Part shown: positions 39,101-52,174 of the stretch, piece after piece | Layout: each line of letters begins with the position of its first letter | Position numbering within the stretch: the stretch's first letter is position 1 | Source of the DNA: Octopus sinensis | Lineage: Eukaryota | Assembly (NCBI RefSeq): GCF_006345805.1 | Contig: NW_021833611.1 | Span: 1 to 64,000 of the forward strand | Direction of reading: 5' to 3' | DNA length: 64,000 nucleotides | Notes under the pieces: generated by a model | Database searches by the model: none | What the model was told of the DNA's origin: nothing | What the model saw: only the letters and a program-made list of their open reading frames with translations | Made by a program: the position numbers and the translations under genes

Positions 39101-39622
39101 TATGGATAACTTCCAGAAATCCCTGGCTTGGCAGTGCTATCGAGACGCACTACCTGTTCGAGAGAAGAGCTACAGACACGGTTCGAAAACCATCACCGGA
39201 CCGACCTGCCCGAGATGCGGTCAGAGCGACGAAACCGTTCTGCACGCACTCGTGCAGTGTCCAGATATTTCAGAGCTGTGGTCCTTCGTCGAACAGCTGT
39301 TGTCACGTGTAGGTCAGGCTCGCCTATCGGCCGAGTCTATCGTGAATATTGTTCCACCACCTTCCTTTAAACGGAAGGGAAAACGGTTTTCGTTACGCTG
39401 ATGGCTATGGCGAAAGAATGTGTGTGGTGGACGCGTTTGAAAGGACTGCAAACAAACACCTTCCTCTCTGGTCAGTCTCTCGTCAACTTTTTCAAGTACC
39501 ACTTGAAAAGGAGGATGAGAATAGAGAGGAAGGCTTTGTCGAACGAATGTTTTAAAAAAAGTGGGTAAATGGCAAAAATGGTCAGTATGAAAGACGACAC
39601 TATTTTAAGCATAAATCTGTAA
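36191..39622 (+). pseudogene. LINE D ORF2 (APE-RT-CCHC), broken by single-base indels
   Basis: GCVNARGL, ISETR, GDWNA, QGCPLS, AYADD, CPRCGQSDETVLHALVQC. Confidence 0.92.
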
Positions 39623-39929
39623 CCAAAAGAGACAACGAGAAGTAGGCGACTTACTCATGTGTTCTTTTTCGAATTGCCTGAGGTGACCTTGGTCTTTTTT
39701 GTAGGTTTTTCTTTCCAAGACTACACCTAAACTGTGAACCTTATATAATATATATATATTGCTTTTTATATACACACAACACAACCCAGATCCCTATTGA
39801 TCAAACGTTTTTTTTTTTTTTTTTTTTTTTTCCTTGCCCCACCCATCCCACCTCGAAAAGAAAAAATTCTACATTGTATTTCGTCCATTTTTATTCTGTG
39901 TTTAGCCCTGTGTGGCTACAATAAAAAGT

Positions 39930-39939
39930 TATCTATCTA

Positions 39940-39993
<54 letters not shown>

Positions 39994-40051
39994 CTATCTA
40001 TCTATCTATCTACTATCTATCTATCTATCTATCTATCTTTCTATCTATCTA

Positions 40052-40095
<44 letters not shown>

Positions 40096-40254
40096 ATCTA
40101 TCTATCTATCTATCTACTATCTATCTATCTATATCGCTTCTATCTATCTTTATCTATCTATCTATCTATCTATATCTATCTATCATCTATCTCTATCTAC
40201 TATCTATCTATCTATCTATCTTTCTATCTTCTATCTATCATCTCTATCTCTCTA

Positions 40255-40316
<62 letters not shown>

Positions 40317-40333
40317 ATCTATTCTATCTATCT

Positions 40334-40398
<65 letters not shown>

Positions 40399-40419
40399 AT
40401 CTATCTATCTATCTATCTA
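39930..40419 (+). repeat. (TATC)n between LINE D and E
   Basis: Direct reading. Confidence 0.97.
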
Positions 40420-40420
40420 A

Positions 40421-41003
40421 TTGCTCCGCCCCCTTCCCTCAACCGGGAGGGAAGTCAGTTTTCACATCGTACTGGTGGCCATGTGGAAAGAATGTGGTGG
40501 GTGGACTCGAGCGAAAGGATTAGAGACAAACACCTACCTCTCTGGCCAATCGCTCATCAACTTTTTCAAGTACCACTTGAAAAGGAAGGTGAGAATGGAG
40601 AGGGAGTTTTGTCTCGCGAAAGATTCAAAAACAAGATGGTTGAATGTTGCAAAGATGGTGCGTGCTAGTAACGAAACCATTTTGAGCATGATCCTGTAGA
40701 TCGTAAAAAGAAAGAAAGAGAGCATTTTTGACCTCATGTGTTTATTTCCTCCCTGACTGGGGTTCCCTGGTCTTTTCTGTAGGCTTTTCTCCCACGGATG
40801 AACCCAATCTTGTTATATCAATGTTTACACCATTATTTCTGTGATACACGATTTTCTTTTTTTTTTTTCCTTTTTTTCCCTCCTTTCGATCCCTTTTGAT
40901 CGCAATCTTACATTTTTTTTTTTTTTCCCACCCTCGAAAAGAAAAGCTCTGCATTTGTATTTGTCCCCTCTTATTCAGCCCTGTGTGGCTAATAAAAGAA
41001 AGT
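40421..41003 (+). mobile_element. 5'-truncated LINE copy E (distinct subfamily)
   Basis: ORF2 C-terminus ..LINFFKYHLKRKVRMERE..ILSMIL*, own 3'UTR, ends AATAAAAGAAAG then TTATC. Confidence 0.92.
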
Positions 41004-41060
41004 TATCTATCTATCTATCTATCTTCTATCTATCTATCTATCTTTCTATCTATCTATCTT

Positions 41061-41108
<48 letters not shown>

Positions 41109-41162
41109 CTATCTATCTATCTATCTATCTACTATCTATCTATCATATCTATCTATCTATCT
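41004..41162 (+). repeat. (TATC)n between LINE E and F
   Basis: Direct reading. Confidence 0.97.
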
Positions 41163-41615
41163 AGATGGGTGAATGTAGCAAGAATGGCACGTATGAATGA
41201 CGAAGCCACCTTGAGCATAGTCCTATGAACCAGAAATCGAAAACAGAGAGTTGCTTATTTGCAAAAAAAAAAAAAAAAAAAAAAGAAATATAAAATGTGA
41301 CTTCATTGACCGAGGTTACCGTGGTCTTTTCCGCAGGCTTTTCTTTCCACGGGTAAACCTCACCTGTCCTCCCCTTTACACTTCATATGACATTTCTGTG
41401 ATAACGATCCCTATTGATCATTTTTTTTCCTCTCCCCCCTTTTTTTTTAACCCCCCTTATTTTTGTCCTCTTTCTCTCCTTTTACGATCCCTTTTGATCG
41501 AACCTCCCCCTTCCTTTTCTTTTTTTTTTTTTTTTTTTTAATACCTTCAAAAGAAAAGCTCTACCTTGTAATTTGTTCTATCTGTGTGCAGCCCTGTGTG
41601 GCTAATAAAGAAACA
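41163..41615 (+). mobile_element. 5'-truncated LINE copy F (B subfamily)
   Basis: Matches B from 5939 (AGATGGGTGAATGTAGCAAG); followed by (TATC)n 41616-41664. Confidence 0.92.
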
Positions 41616-41664
<49 letters not shown>

Positions 41665-41665
<1 letters not shown>

Positions 41666-42079
41666 ATTTCTTTATTGCCCACAAGGGGCTAAACACAGAG
41701 AGGACAAACAAGGACAGACAAAGGGATTAAGTCGATTATATCGACCCCAGTGCGTAACTGGTACTTAATTAATCGACCCCGAAAGGATGAAAGGCAAAGT
41801 CGACCTCGCCGGAATTTGAACTCAGAACGTAACGACAGACGAAATACCTATTTCTTTACTACCCACAAGGGGCTAAACACAGAAGGAACAAACAAGGAGA
41901 AACAAACGGATTAAGTCGATTACATCGACCTCAGTGAGTAACTGGTACTTATTTAATCGACCCCGAAAGGATGAAAGGCAAAGTCAACCTCGGTGGAATT
42001 TGAACTCAGAACATAGCGGCAGGCGATATACCGCTAAGCATTTTGCCCGGCCTGCTAACGTTTCTGCCATCTCGCCGCC
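41665..42079 (-). mobile_element. SINE type 2, head-to-tail dimer
   Basis: Two units; junction at 41848/41849. Confidence 0.9.
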
Positions 42080-43329
42080 TTAAAATAGATGTATGTATGT
42101 AATAAATGTATGTATGCATGCATGCATGTATGTATGTATGTATGTATGTATGTATGTATGTATGTATGTATGTATGTATGTATGTATGTATGTATGTATG
42201 TATCTACATACATAAATACACACGCGCGTACACACACATACACACACACACACGTAAATACGCTTAAGTATATACATACATACACACATGTGTGCGTATG
42301 AGAGTGTGTGTTTGTGTTTGTGTGTGTGTGTGTATGCTTCTGATTTTGTGACTGTGACTAGCATGTCTCCTGCCCTCGAACGAAACTTGAGGAACAAAAC
42401 GGGAAACTGTTGATGCAAAAATTCAAGTAAAAAAAAAAAAAAAAACAAGCTAAAGCTATGGGAAAACACAAAACCGAATCCATAAGAAAAATATTTCATT
42501 GGTTCTATATGTAACAATGAATATCAACAAATTAGACGCAAAGGATTATTTAATAGGCAAGAAATCAGTAATATCAGTTCCAGGTATTCTGGCCTAAAAA
42601 CTTTCGGAATAGGTGATTTATGCACAAATAATATAAAATATTGAAATAAAGAAGAGATAAGAAGTGAGAAAGAATGTCAATCAGCGAGAGATTGATTATA
42701 AAATTTATAAAAAAAATATTCTCATTATTTTTCAAATAAGTTCTAAGGCAGAACTGAAAACATCTCTGAGAAAGTAAATAGTTCAGTGTACACGCTAACT
42801 ACATATGCTTGCTAAATGCAAATAGATATATGGGAAAGTGAGATACACTCGGATCTTGCAAGTTCTGGAGATATAGTATTCAAAGTATCTGTATGAATGA
42901 AAGAGAATGAACATTCCATGGCTTATTCGTCTGTGGATAATGTAGGCAGAATTGCAGAATGTAAAAATGTACCCAGGTTGTACTGTAAAGCTGTGGCGTG
43001 GGTTCACCTGTATACCGTATTATGTCAAGGATAATGAAAAGTGGCCTCAATAGAGATTTTAAACTAACATATGCAACTTTAATAAGCTTTTAGATTAGAT
43101 GTTCAAAACAGAACATTGTGTTTCGACCGAGGATCTTTTAAATTCCTGTGTATATGCTTAAGCGCATGCGTAGCTGTGTGGTAGGAAGCATAATCCCCAA
43201 CTACAAGGTTCCTGCCATTGCGTAGCATCTTGAGCAAGTGTCTTCTGCTATAGCCTCAGGTCAACCAAACTCTTGTGAGTATTTATTGATTTTGGTAGAC
43301 GAAAAATGACAGAAGCTCGTGTTCACAAT

Positions 43330-43610
43330 AGAAGGTCTTATCTTTCATTGGTCCTCAACCAAATCCTTGTAGTATTCCACATCCATGATAACGATTGCAC
43401 CCATCTTTATCTGCTTGTTTAATTATTATTGTTTCATCGTTTTGTATGCGTTTAAGTGCAGATATCTCTGATTTGTTAATGTTCGGCCTAACTTTGGTAT
43501 TTCGTTTTAGGGGAAAGTTTGATAGGGTATCAATATATTGGTCAAGGTAGATATTTCTGCCTTTTGGTGGGGTGACATTTGATTTATTCCTCACTAAGGA
43601 ATCTTCGGTT

Positions 43611-43645
<35 letters not shown>

Positions 43646-43920
43646 GGCAGTGAAGAATTCCACAAGTCGTAACTTGCGACAGAATTTCTGGATATTTCCA
43701 TGCGATTAGAAAGCAAGCTTCTTACCACGACCACCTCCGACCATTAAAGCCATTAAAGCTCTCTTTTTTTTATTCTCTCTCTGTTTATTTTCTCGTGTGC
43801 CTTTCTGTTTAAGAGCGTAGGCTCGCAATGTAAAAGATTTCCTCACCTTCCCGAGAGTTAAACTACTACACCTGTTTCTGTTTATACACCTGTCTATGTG
43901 GGTTTTTTTTTGTAAATTCC
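43330..43920 (-). mobile_element. Penelope-like remnant: ORF N-terminus on minus strand next to oppositely oriented terminal repeat
   Basis: NINKSEISALKRIQNDETIIIKQADK (PLE IKxADKG motif); degenerate hammerhead at 43801-43837 on plus strand. Confidence 0.7.
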
Positions 43921-44541
43921 AACACACACACACACACACACACACATTGTATATATACATATAGTGGCACGCCGCTCGCTGGCTGAGCATTCAACATTGC
44001 CTATGATCGCAAGACCTTCCTATCGGGAAGTGTATTGCTGCAGAACAAAACGCGCCATGCAGTCTGACAATCCAACATACTATGTATTAATCCATGAGCA
44101 CCAGCTCACGAGCCTTCACACATGCATACACACACACTCGCGCGCGCGCAATTTCCTAGACCCCTGAGAGCCTGAATTACCACTGACTCTAAAAGATTGA
44201 CTGGTGAACAAAGTCTTGGAAACCTCTGCACCTGTGAGAGAGGTGTCAGTGATTTAGTATATATTTAAAAAAAGTCAATCTTTACACCGCTTTTGTTACA
44301 GTTATTCGTTTTGCTTGCACTTCTTTCTATATATCGATATATTTTTATTATTTAAAATGCATTTTATTTCTGAAATATATTTATTACACCTACCTAAAGA
44401 GTTTAAGTCCACAAGAAAACGAAACAAACAAAATGCCCAGCGAGTGGAAAGTTACGTAAGTGTATAGTCAAAGTATACACATACTTATGAATATACATAC
44501 GAACAAACACAAACAAAGGCAAGTGCGTACTGAGACGCAAA

Positions 44542-44542
<1 letters not shown>

Positions 44543-44588
<46 letters not shown>

Positions 44589-44589
44589 A

Positions 44590-44642
<53 letters not shown>

Positions 44643-44668
44643 GTCTGTCTGTTTATATGTTTATCTGT

Positions 44669-44731
<63 letters not shown>

Positions 44732-44747
44732 CCTATCTATCTATCTA

Positions 44748-44750
<3 letters not shown>
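44543..44750 (+). repeat. (TATC)n (unoccupied)
   Basis: Direct reading. Confidence 0.95.
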
Positions 44751-44800
<50 letters not shown>

Positions 44801-44937
44801 GTGTGTGTATGTGTGTGTTTGTGTGTGTATATAAGTATATATATATGTGTATGTGTGTATACGTATGTATACGTATATACATATACATACGTGTATATAT
44901 ATATATATATATAGATAGATAGATAGACAGATAGATA

Positions 44938-45119
44938 AGTTTCTTTATTGGCCACACAGGGCTGCACACAGATGGGACAAGTTACAAGGTAGAGCTTTTC
45001 TTTTGGGGGATGAAAAAAACAAAAAAACAAAAGAAACAAAAAAAAGGGGTGGCGTAGGTTTTCGATCAAGAGGGATCGTAAAAGGGAAGAAAAGAACAAA
45101 AAAGAATAAAATAAAAGAA

Positions 45120-45120
<1 letters not shown>
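44938..45120 (-). mobile_element. LINE copy G: 3'UTR-only insertion (B subfamily) inside (GATA)n
   Basis: Reverse complement of B 3' end (GCAGCCCTGTGTGGCCAATAAAGAAACTTATC); GATA at 44911-44937 and 45120-45194. Confidence 0.92.
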
Positions 45121-45194
<74 letters not shown>

Positions 45195-45622
45195 CACGTA
45201 TGTATATGTGCACACATACCCACACACACACACGCGCGCGCGCACGTATGTATGTGTGAATAGCTAGAATAAGACAAAGTCCAAGAAAATGAATAATAAA
45301 CGAAATTACCAGTTTGATGATGAAGAAAAAAATTTCGGCCTTTGTCATCTTAGAAAAGAAAAGGAAACAAAATGAAGAACAACAACATTAATTAAAACGA
45401 TAGTAATTAAAATGACGACGTTAATGATAATGGGAGAATGAGAGCAACAAATTCTTTAAAAAATGTAGGGGAAACTAAACGAAGAAATACCACCATCTTA
45501 GGAATATAAACGCATATACATCCGCACAGTCCACGGAAATGCATTCAACAACAAAAAAATACCCACTCGTGCAAAGACACATAGACATATATACGTGTGT
45601 GTATGTATATATGCATGTGTTC

Positions 45623-45657
<35 letters not shown>

Positions 45658-45758
45658 TAGTTGAATGAATTATCCTATGTCGAGAATAAAGGAATTTTGT
45701 TAAATCGTCGTTCGACTCCATTCTTTCATTTTTATATATACATATATATATATATATG

Positions 45759-45792
<34 letters not shown>

Positions 45793-46197
45793 TATATATA
45801 TATACATACATAAGTACGTACTTATGTATGCATGTATGTATGGTGTTTAAATACTAGAAACTTATCCGGAAATTGTCACGTGTCAGATTTTGATTTAATA
45901 ACAGCGCAGAAGTGAATACAGGCATCACTCAAACATGTATACACACACAAACGCAAAGGTGTGTGTATGTATTTGTAGCTGTGTGTGTGTGTGTGTGTGC
46001 GTATGTTTATTTCTGTGTTTGTATCGTGCACACGCACTTAGAGAGCCAGGCACCGTGCGCACGCATATACACGTATACACTCATACACGTGTTCATATGT
46101 GGAAGACATGTTTGATTTGTATGTTTATAACTAAGTGTATGTGTTCATCTAAAATTTCGCAACAAATGTTGGACTCTGGACCGACTATGAAGACACA

Positions 46198-46581
46198 GTG
46201 GAGGCGCAATGGCCCAGTGGTTAGGGCAGCGGACTCGCGGTCGTAGGATCGCGGTTTCGATTCCCAGACCGGGCATTGTGAGTGTTTATTGAGCGAAAAC
46301 ACCTAAAGCTTCACCTAAAGCTGCAGGGGGTGGTGGTGAACCCTGCTGTACTTTTTCACCACAACTTTCTCTTACTCTTTCTTCCTGTTTTTGTTGTATC
46401 TGTATTTCAAAGGGCCAGCCTTGTCACACTCTGTGTCACGCTGAATCTCATCGAGAACTACGTTAAGGGTACACGTGTCTGTGGAATGCTCAGCCACTTA
46501 CACGTTAATTCCACGAGCAAGCTGTTCCGTTGATCGTATCAGCTGGGACCTTCATCGTCGTAACCGACGGAGTGCTCCTAT
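46198..46581 (+). mobile_element. tRNA-head SINE with 14-bp TSD
   Basis: ACTATGAAGACACA at 46184-46197 and 46582-46595. Confidence 0.92.
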
Positions 46582-47024
46582 ACTATGAAGACACAATTGT
46601 TCTAGAAAATCTTTATTTATATAGGCCAATTCGTTATTGAGTTACTCATTTGCTTTAAGTGAGATAACTTTTGTAGTGTAAGTTCAGAGAAAAGTTGTAT
46701 GCCTATGATATTAACAGTCGTTTTAAATGTGCAGGGATTGATATAATTTATGTAAAAAGCAAAAATTAGTTAGAAAATGTCAGATGGAAAAAAAACCAAA
46801 CCCATAACGTCCAAATACTGAACTCGAAAGCGTAAACGTCCTGGAAAGCAAAGGTGAGTGATTAAGTGAACGGATTTCTGTATATGTTACGAAAGGAGAG
46901 ACTGGTGTGTTCGATAGGATGGAGAGAGATAGTATGAAATTGGTTATTTTGAGGAGTACGTAAACTGGTATCTTTTATCTTTTACATGTTTCAGTCATTG
47001 GCTGCGGCCATGCTGGGGCATCAG

Positions 47025-49060
47025 CTACCCATCAGTCAGTAGATCATATGGATTTTTCTTTGCCATCGATTTCAGCTTCTTTGCAACAACAGTCGCTGCA
47101 CTTCCATCATGCTGTTCAGCCTGGATTTTATGCATGAAATCTCTAGCAAATGTTTTGCTCTTCTTCACTACAAAATGAAGCTTCTTGCGCCTCACGTCAT
47201 TTTCAACGAGTATAAGCATCCACTCGTTAGATGTTTCAAGACAGTTGGCCAGTCCAGTTGTGGTGGTTTTGTAAGAGATTTCACATTGGATCAAGCTCCG
47301 ACCTCCTTGGGCTCTGTGAAGGTAATGACGATTCACGTTTTCCTTTGAGTAGTTCATCTTATTGCAAATCAGCAGCTTTCCGTTTTTTTTTTTATTACTG
47401 TCAATTTTCTTTATTCCAGTTCAACACATTATAGCTATAAGTAACAACTAGAAGTGCTAAGGAATTTATAGTTAACACCTTGTTACGTACATTTATCTCA
47501 GATTTCAGGATTGCTCGAACTCTCCTGTAAGATGCCTTCCTGAACTTCTCTTTCATAGTTGCATGCTGAATGCCAGAGCCTTCATTTATTCCGAGGTATT
47601 TGTAAGTGTGTTCCTGCTCGAGTTCTTTTATAACTGTGTCATCATATAACACCACTGAATTTGGGGCCTTCAATTTCCTTTTCTGGAAAGTGGCTTTGGC
47701 ACATTTATCGAGACCAAATTCCATCCCTATGTCATCACTGAATGCTTCCACAGTACGTAAAAGATCTTCAAGCTCATTATCGTCTTTGCCATAAAGTTTT
47801 AAGTCATCAACATAAAATAGATGGCCTATTTTTTTGTTGTAAATTTTGTACTCATACCCTGTTCTTTTAAGTTCATTTGTAACTGATATTAGGGCTATGC
47901 AGAAAATTAAAGGTGAAAGTGAGTCACCTTGGAAAATACCACAGTTGATATTAATATTGTTTGAAATTAGTTCTCCATTAGAGTGGTATAACTGGAGATT
48001 CGTATTCTGCACTGCTGTGTTTCAGGAAGTTTGAAATTACCAGAGAAATTTTGAAGATATCAAGCGATTTCAAGATCCATGAATACAGTATGCTGTCAAA
48101 GGTCTTTTTATAATCAATCCATGCGGAACTGAGATTTCTGCGTTTGTTATGACAGTTCTCAAGGATTATGCGATTGAAGTAAGAGTTGGTCTTTGCACCC
48201 ATATGAGCCTCGTCTACACCCTTTTTGTCCAGTGGGGAAAATATTGCTGTGTTCCATAAATTTGTATTTTCTTCACGAGGATGGATGTTAAAATGGGCTG
48301 ACAGTTTTGGGGAAATTTGGTTTCTTCATTCTTCGGGAGTAGATAAGTAATACCTTTTGCTAACCAATCAGGTGTTTTCGTAGGATCTCTCATAGTTTCA
48401 TTGAATAACTGGGCTAAATTTTCGTTTGCTCACGGGATCGTGGCGAGCCAGAAATTTGTCACCCTATCATTACCAGGAGATTTCCACTTATGAGCCTTCG
48501 TGTGTGTCATCCTTAGGTCTGCTATTGTGATATCTTCCCATGCTTTTTCTGGTAAATTTTGGTAGGATCCTTCTGTGTGTCTAATCCAGTCTGCATTTTC
48601 GTTGTCTTTTCATTACTCCAGATATTTTTCCAGAAGTTTTCAACTTCTTCCATGGAAAGGGATGGGGTCTTCAACAGTTATTTTCTCCTTCCCTATTTCT
48701 CTGTGGAATGTTTTCGCATTGGAAGTGAACAGCTTATTTTTCTTGTAAAACTTATTTCTCTTCTCAAAACTTCGAATTCTTTGAGCTTTTGCTTGAGCAT
48801 TTTGTTTCAGAGCTTCTTTGTTGAAAATCTTGGTGAGAATCTATATTTTCTCTTCATCCCTCTCCCTTTTCTGAATCTCACATCGTTTCCACAGATTACT
48901 TCATTTAATATTGATATTTCACCTCTCATTAATCCCATTCAATCTCTGTTTCAATTTTACTTCTCCAGTTTAGAATTCTTCCCAGGTTTGTATTTCTTTG
49001 TTTCTTGTTTTCAGAGGCATACAACTGGTTTTATTTGCCTCTTAGTTGCAGAAAAATAAG
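47025..49060 (-). mobile_element. R4/Dong-type non-LTR retrotransposon fragment (RT)
   Basis: WKSPGNDRVTNFWL, AWIDYKKTFDS, GIFQGDSLSPLIFC, HLFYVDDLKLY, FGLDKCA, YKYLG. Confidence 0.85.
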
Positions 49061-49429
49061 GAAAAATGTAGGGTCATATGTCTGCAGCTCTCAAAGGTAA
49101 TCGATAAATTATTTTAAGGAATTAATTAGTAATAGAATTAAAAATGAAATTCTCGATGAACAGAGGTGATCTTTGTTAACAGGCAAGGAGATATAGTAGG
49201 ATTTTTAAAAGTCTTTACTAGATCTTATCAGGGAAGCATGGTCGGCTGTTATGTTTACAAATAAATAGGAAAAGTAGAAAAATATGATCGGTGTTAGCGA
49301 GCATAATTTACATAATTACTATATCTAAGGTATAGGAAGTATATATAATTCGGGTATGTACCAATATAATGAATATAGAATGCCAAAAGAATGAAGAAAA
49401 AATAATGAATAAATGCAAAAAACAATAAT

Positions 49430-49869
49430 GATTTCAAATTTTGGCACAAGGACAGCAAGTTCGTGGGAGGGGGCAAGTCGATTACATCGGTCCCAGTACT
49501 CATTTAATCGATCCTAAACAGACGAAAGGTAAAGCCGACTTCGGTGGAATTTGAAGTCAGAACGTGAAGACGAACGAAATGCCGCTAAGCATTTTGTCCG
49601 GCGCGAAAACAGTTCTGCCAGCTCGTCTCGCTTTAATACAAATAAAAAAAAATATTGATTTTAAATATTTTGGCACGAGGGTATCAAAATCGGGGGAAGC
49701 GGGTAAATCGATTACTACATCGACCGCAGTACCGAACAAGTGTTTATATTATTGAACCCCGAAGGTTGAAAAGTAAACTCGACCTCGGCGGAATTTGAGC
49801 TCGGTGCGTAAGGACGGACGAAAGAAATGCTGTTAAGCATTTTGTCCGGCACGGCAACGATTCTGCCAG

Positions 49870-49871
<2 letters not shown>
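49430..49871 (-). mobile_element. Two adjacent decayed type 2-related SINEs
   Basis: GTCGATTACATCG..GGAATTTGA..TAAGCATTTTGTCCGG twice. Confidence 0.75.
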
Positions 49872-49924
<53 letters not shown>

Positions 49925-50487
49925 TTTAAAAGTTCATTACATTGTATAGGGATGTTGAATGTTGAACTTTGTAAAATTTTTGAAATGTATGTTGAAAATG
50001 TGTAAAATGTTTTTATTTGGAAAATATTGTTGACGAATAAAAAATGACGAAATGTAACCGCTCGATTTCGGGGATCGAGTGGGCATTACACCACATTGAA
50101 CAAACTTCATAATTCATTATTTTATTTTTCCCGATTGTATTGTCCCCTCTATGTTGCCCTTTGTGGGTAGAAATAAAACAATTACATTGTATAGAGAGAT
50201 AATGAAAGGGTTTGGAATAATTAGAGATCGTCTATGAAAATGGGAAATTATTTCAAAGAATACTCAGTAAATTGAATTAAGTCTCGCAGAATACTGAAGG
50301 TTATGGCTTTCAAATAAAAGGTTGATGACATGACAGATAGGGAAATACTTCGGCTCATATTAGGCTAATTCAACAAGACACACTTCTTAAGCCAGTTTTG
50401 GAGACTTCTTTTTTACAAATAGCAATATAGTTATGAACTTCTTTTATTATAATTACTACAAAAAAAACAAAAAAAAAACACCAGTAA

Positions 50488-50650
50488 CGCAGGAGTGGCT
50501 GTGTGGTAAGTAGCTTGCTAACCAACCACATGGTTCCGGGTTCAGTCCCACTGCGTGACATCTTGGGTAAGTGTCTTCTGCTATAGCCCTGGGCCGACCA
50601 ATGCCTTGTGAGTGGATTTGGTAGACGGAAACTGAAAGAAGCCTGTCGTA

Positions 50651-50684
<34 letters not shown>

Positions 50685-50925
50685 AGTGTGTGTGTATGAG
50701 TTTGTGTGTCTGTGTTTGTCCCCCTAGCATTGCTTGACAACCGATGCTGGTGTGTTTATGTCCCCGTCACTTAGCGGTTCGGCAAAAAAGAGACCGATAG
50801 AATAAGTACTGGGCTTACAAAAAGAATAAGTCCCGGGGTCGATTTGCTCGACTAAAGGCGGTGCTCCAGCATGGCTGCAGTCAAATGACTGAAACAAGTA
50901 AAAGAGTAAAAGAGTAAAAAGAGTA
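50488..50925 (+). mobile_element. SINE type 1, near-consensus
   Basis: Full head, linker and (AAAGAGT)n tail. Confidence 0.93.
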
Positions 50926-51350
50926 ACTCAATGGTACTCAAACATACCACTGAAGATGTGTGCGTGCACACACATCCACACACACATCCACACACACACA
51001 CTCACACACACACACACTCACACACACACACTCACACACACACACTCACACACACACACATCCACACACACATCCACACACATTCTCAGACTCATAAACA
51101 CATTATTGTGTGCGGGCTTCGTAATATTTATCTGTACATGTGTACTCATGTTCCATTATTGGTTTCCAATTAACAGTTGATGCCGTTATTTGCGATAATA
51201 TCTTCAATGAGATTCTTTCTCCTTTGGCATATCTCCAGCTAAGAGATTAGTTTTCTTTACTTTTTTTTCTTTTTTTTTTCAGTATTCATTATTTTTTTGT
51301 TTGTATTTTTTTCTTCTGAAATTTCTTTTGTAATTCGTAATTCAAATATG

Positions 51351-51389
<39 letters not shown>

Positions 51390-51506
51390 TATAGAAATGT
51401 GAATGATAATTTATATATTATGTGAGTGTGTGTATGCGTGTGTGTGTATGTGTGTGGTATAAATATGTACATATGAATATACATGGATACACACATACAC
51501 ACACAT

Positions 51507-51542
<36 letters not shown>

Positions 51543-51582
51543 CCACACATACATATCTATATATATACATAAATATTTATAA

Positions 51583-51627
<45 letters not shown>

Positions 51628-51655
51628 AATCTATCTATCTATCTATCTATCTATA

Positions 51656-51721
<66 letters not shown>

Positions 51722-52131
51722 ATGTATGTATGTATGTATGTATGTATGTATATATGTATGTATATATGCAAAAGAAATTATCGATTTCTGTAAGCCAAAT
51801 TACAAGATTAACAAACGACGAAAATGTACCAAGAATATACCAAGAATATACCAAGAAAACAAAAAGAAATATAAGCGATCGCAATATAACTAGGAAAATA
51901 AAAAAAAAATATACAAAAGGACAAAAAAATGAAATTTTCTGAATTACATTAAAGATCATTAATAACAATGATGAGGCATTAATGAAAGGCATTAAAAATA
52001 ATATGAAATAATATGCACACGCACACATACACACATACATTCAGAAACATGCACAAGCATTCATTTATGCACGCATACGCACATGCACATAAAGACACAC
52101 ACACACACATACATACATGCATATATATATA

Positions 52132-52174
<43 letters not shown>

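Larger units (their letters stand above)
34070..39929 (+). mobile_element. Apparently full-length Tx1/L1-clade LINE copy D (about 5.9 kb)
   Basis: 5'UTR, ORF1, ORF2 and 3'UTR, bounded by (TATC)n on both sides; 3' half nearly identical to copy A. Confidence 0.93.

Noticed and set aside
48559-49059. 166-aa hydrophobic plus-strand ORF (and other antisense ORFs over LINEs)
   Set aside because: Antisense shadow of the K/E-rich R4/Dong reading frame.
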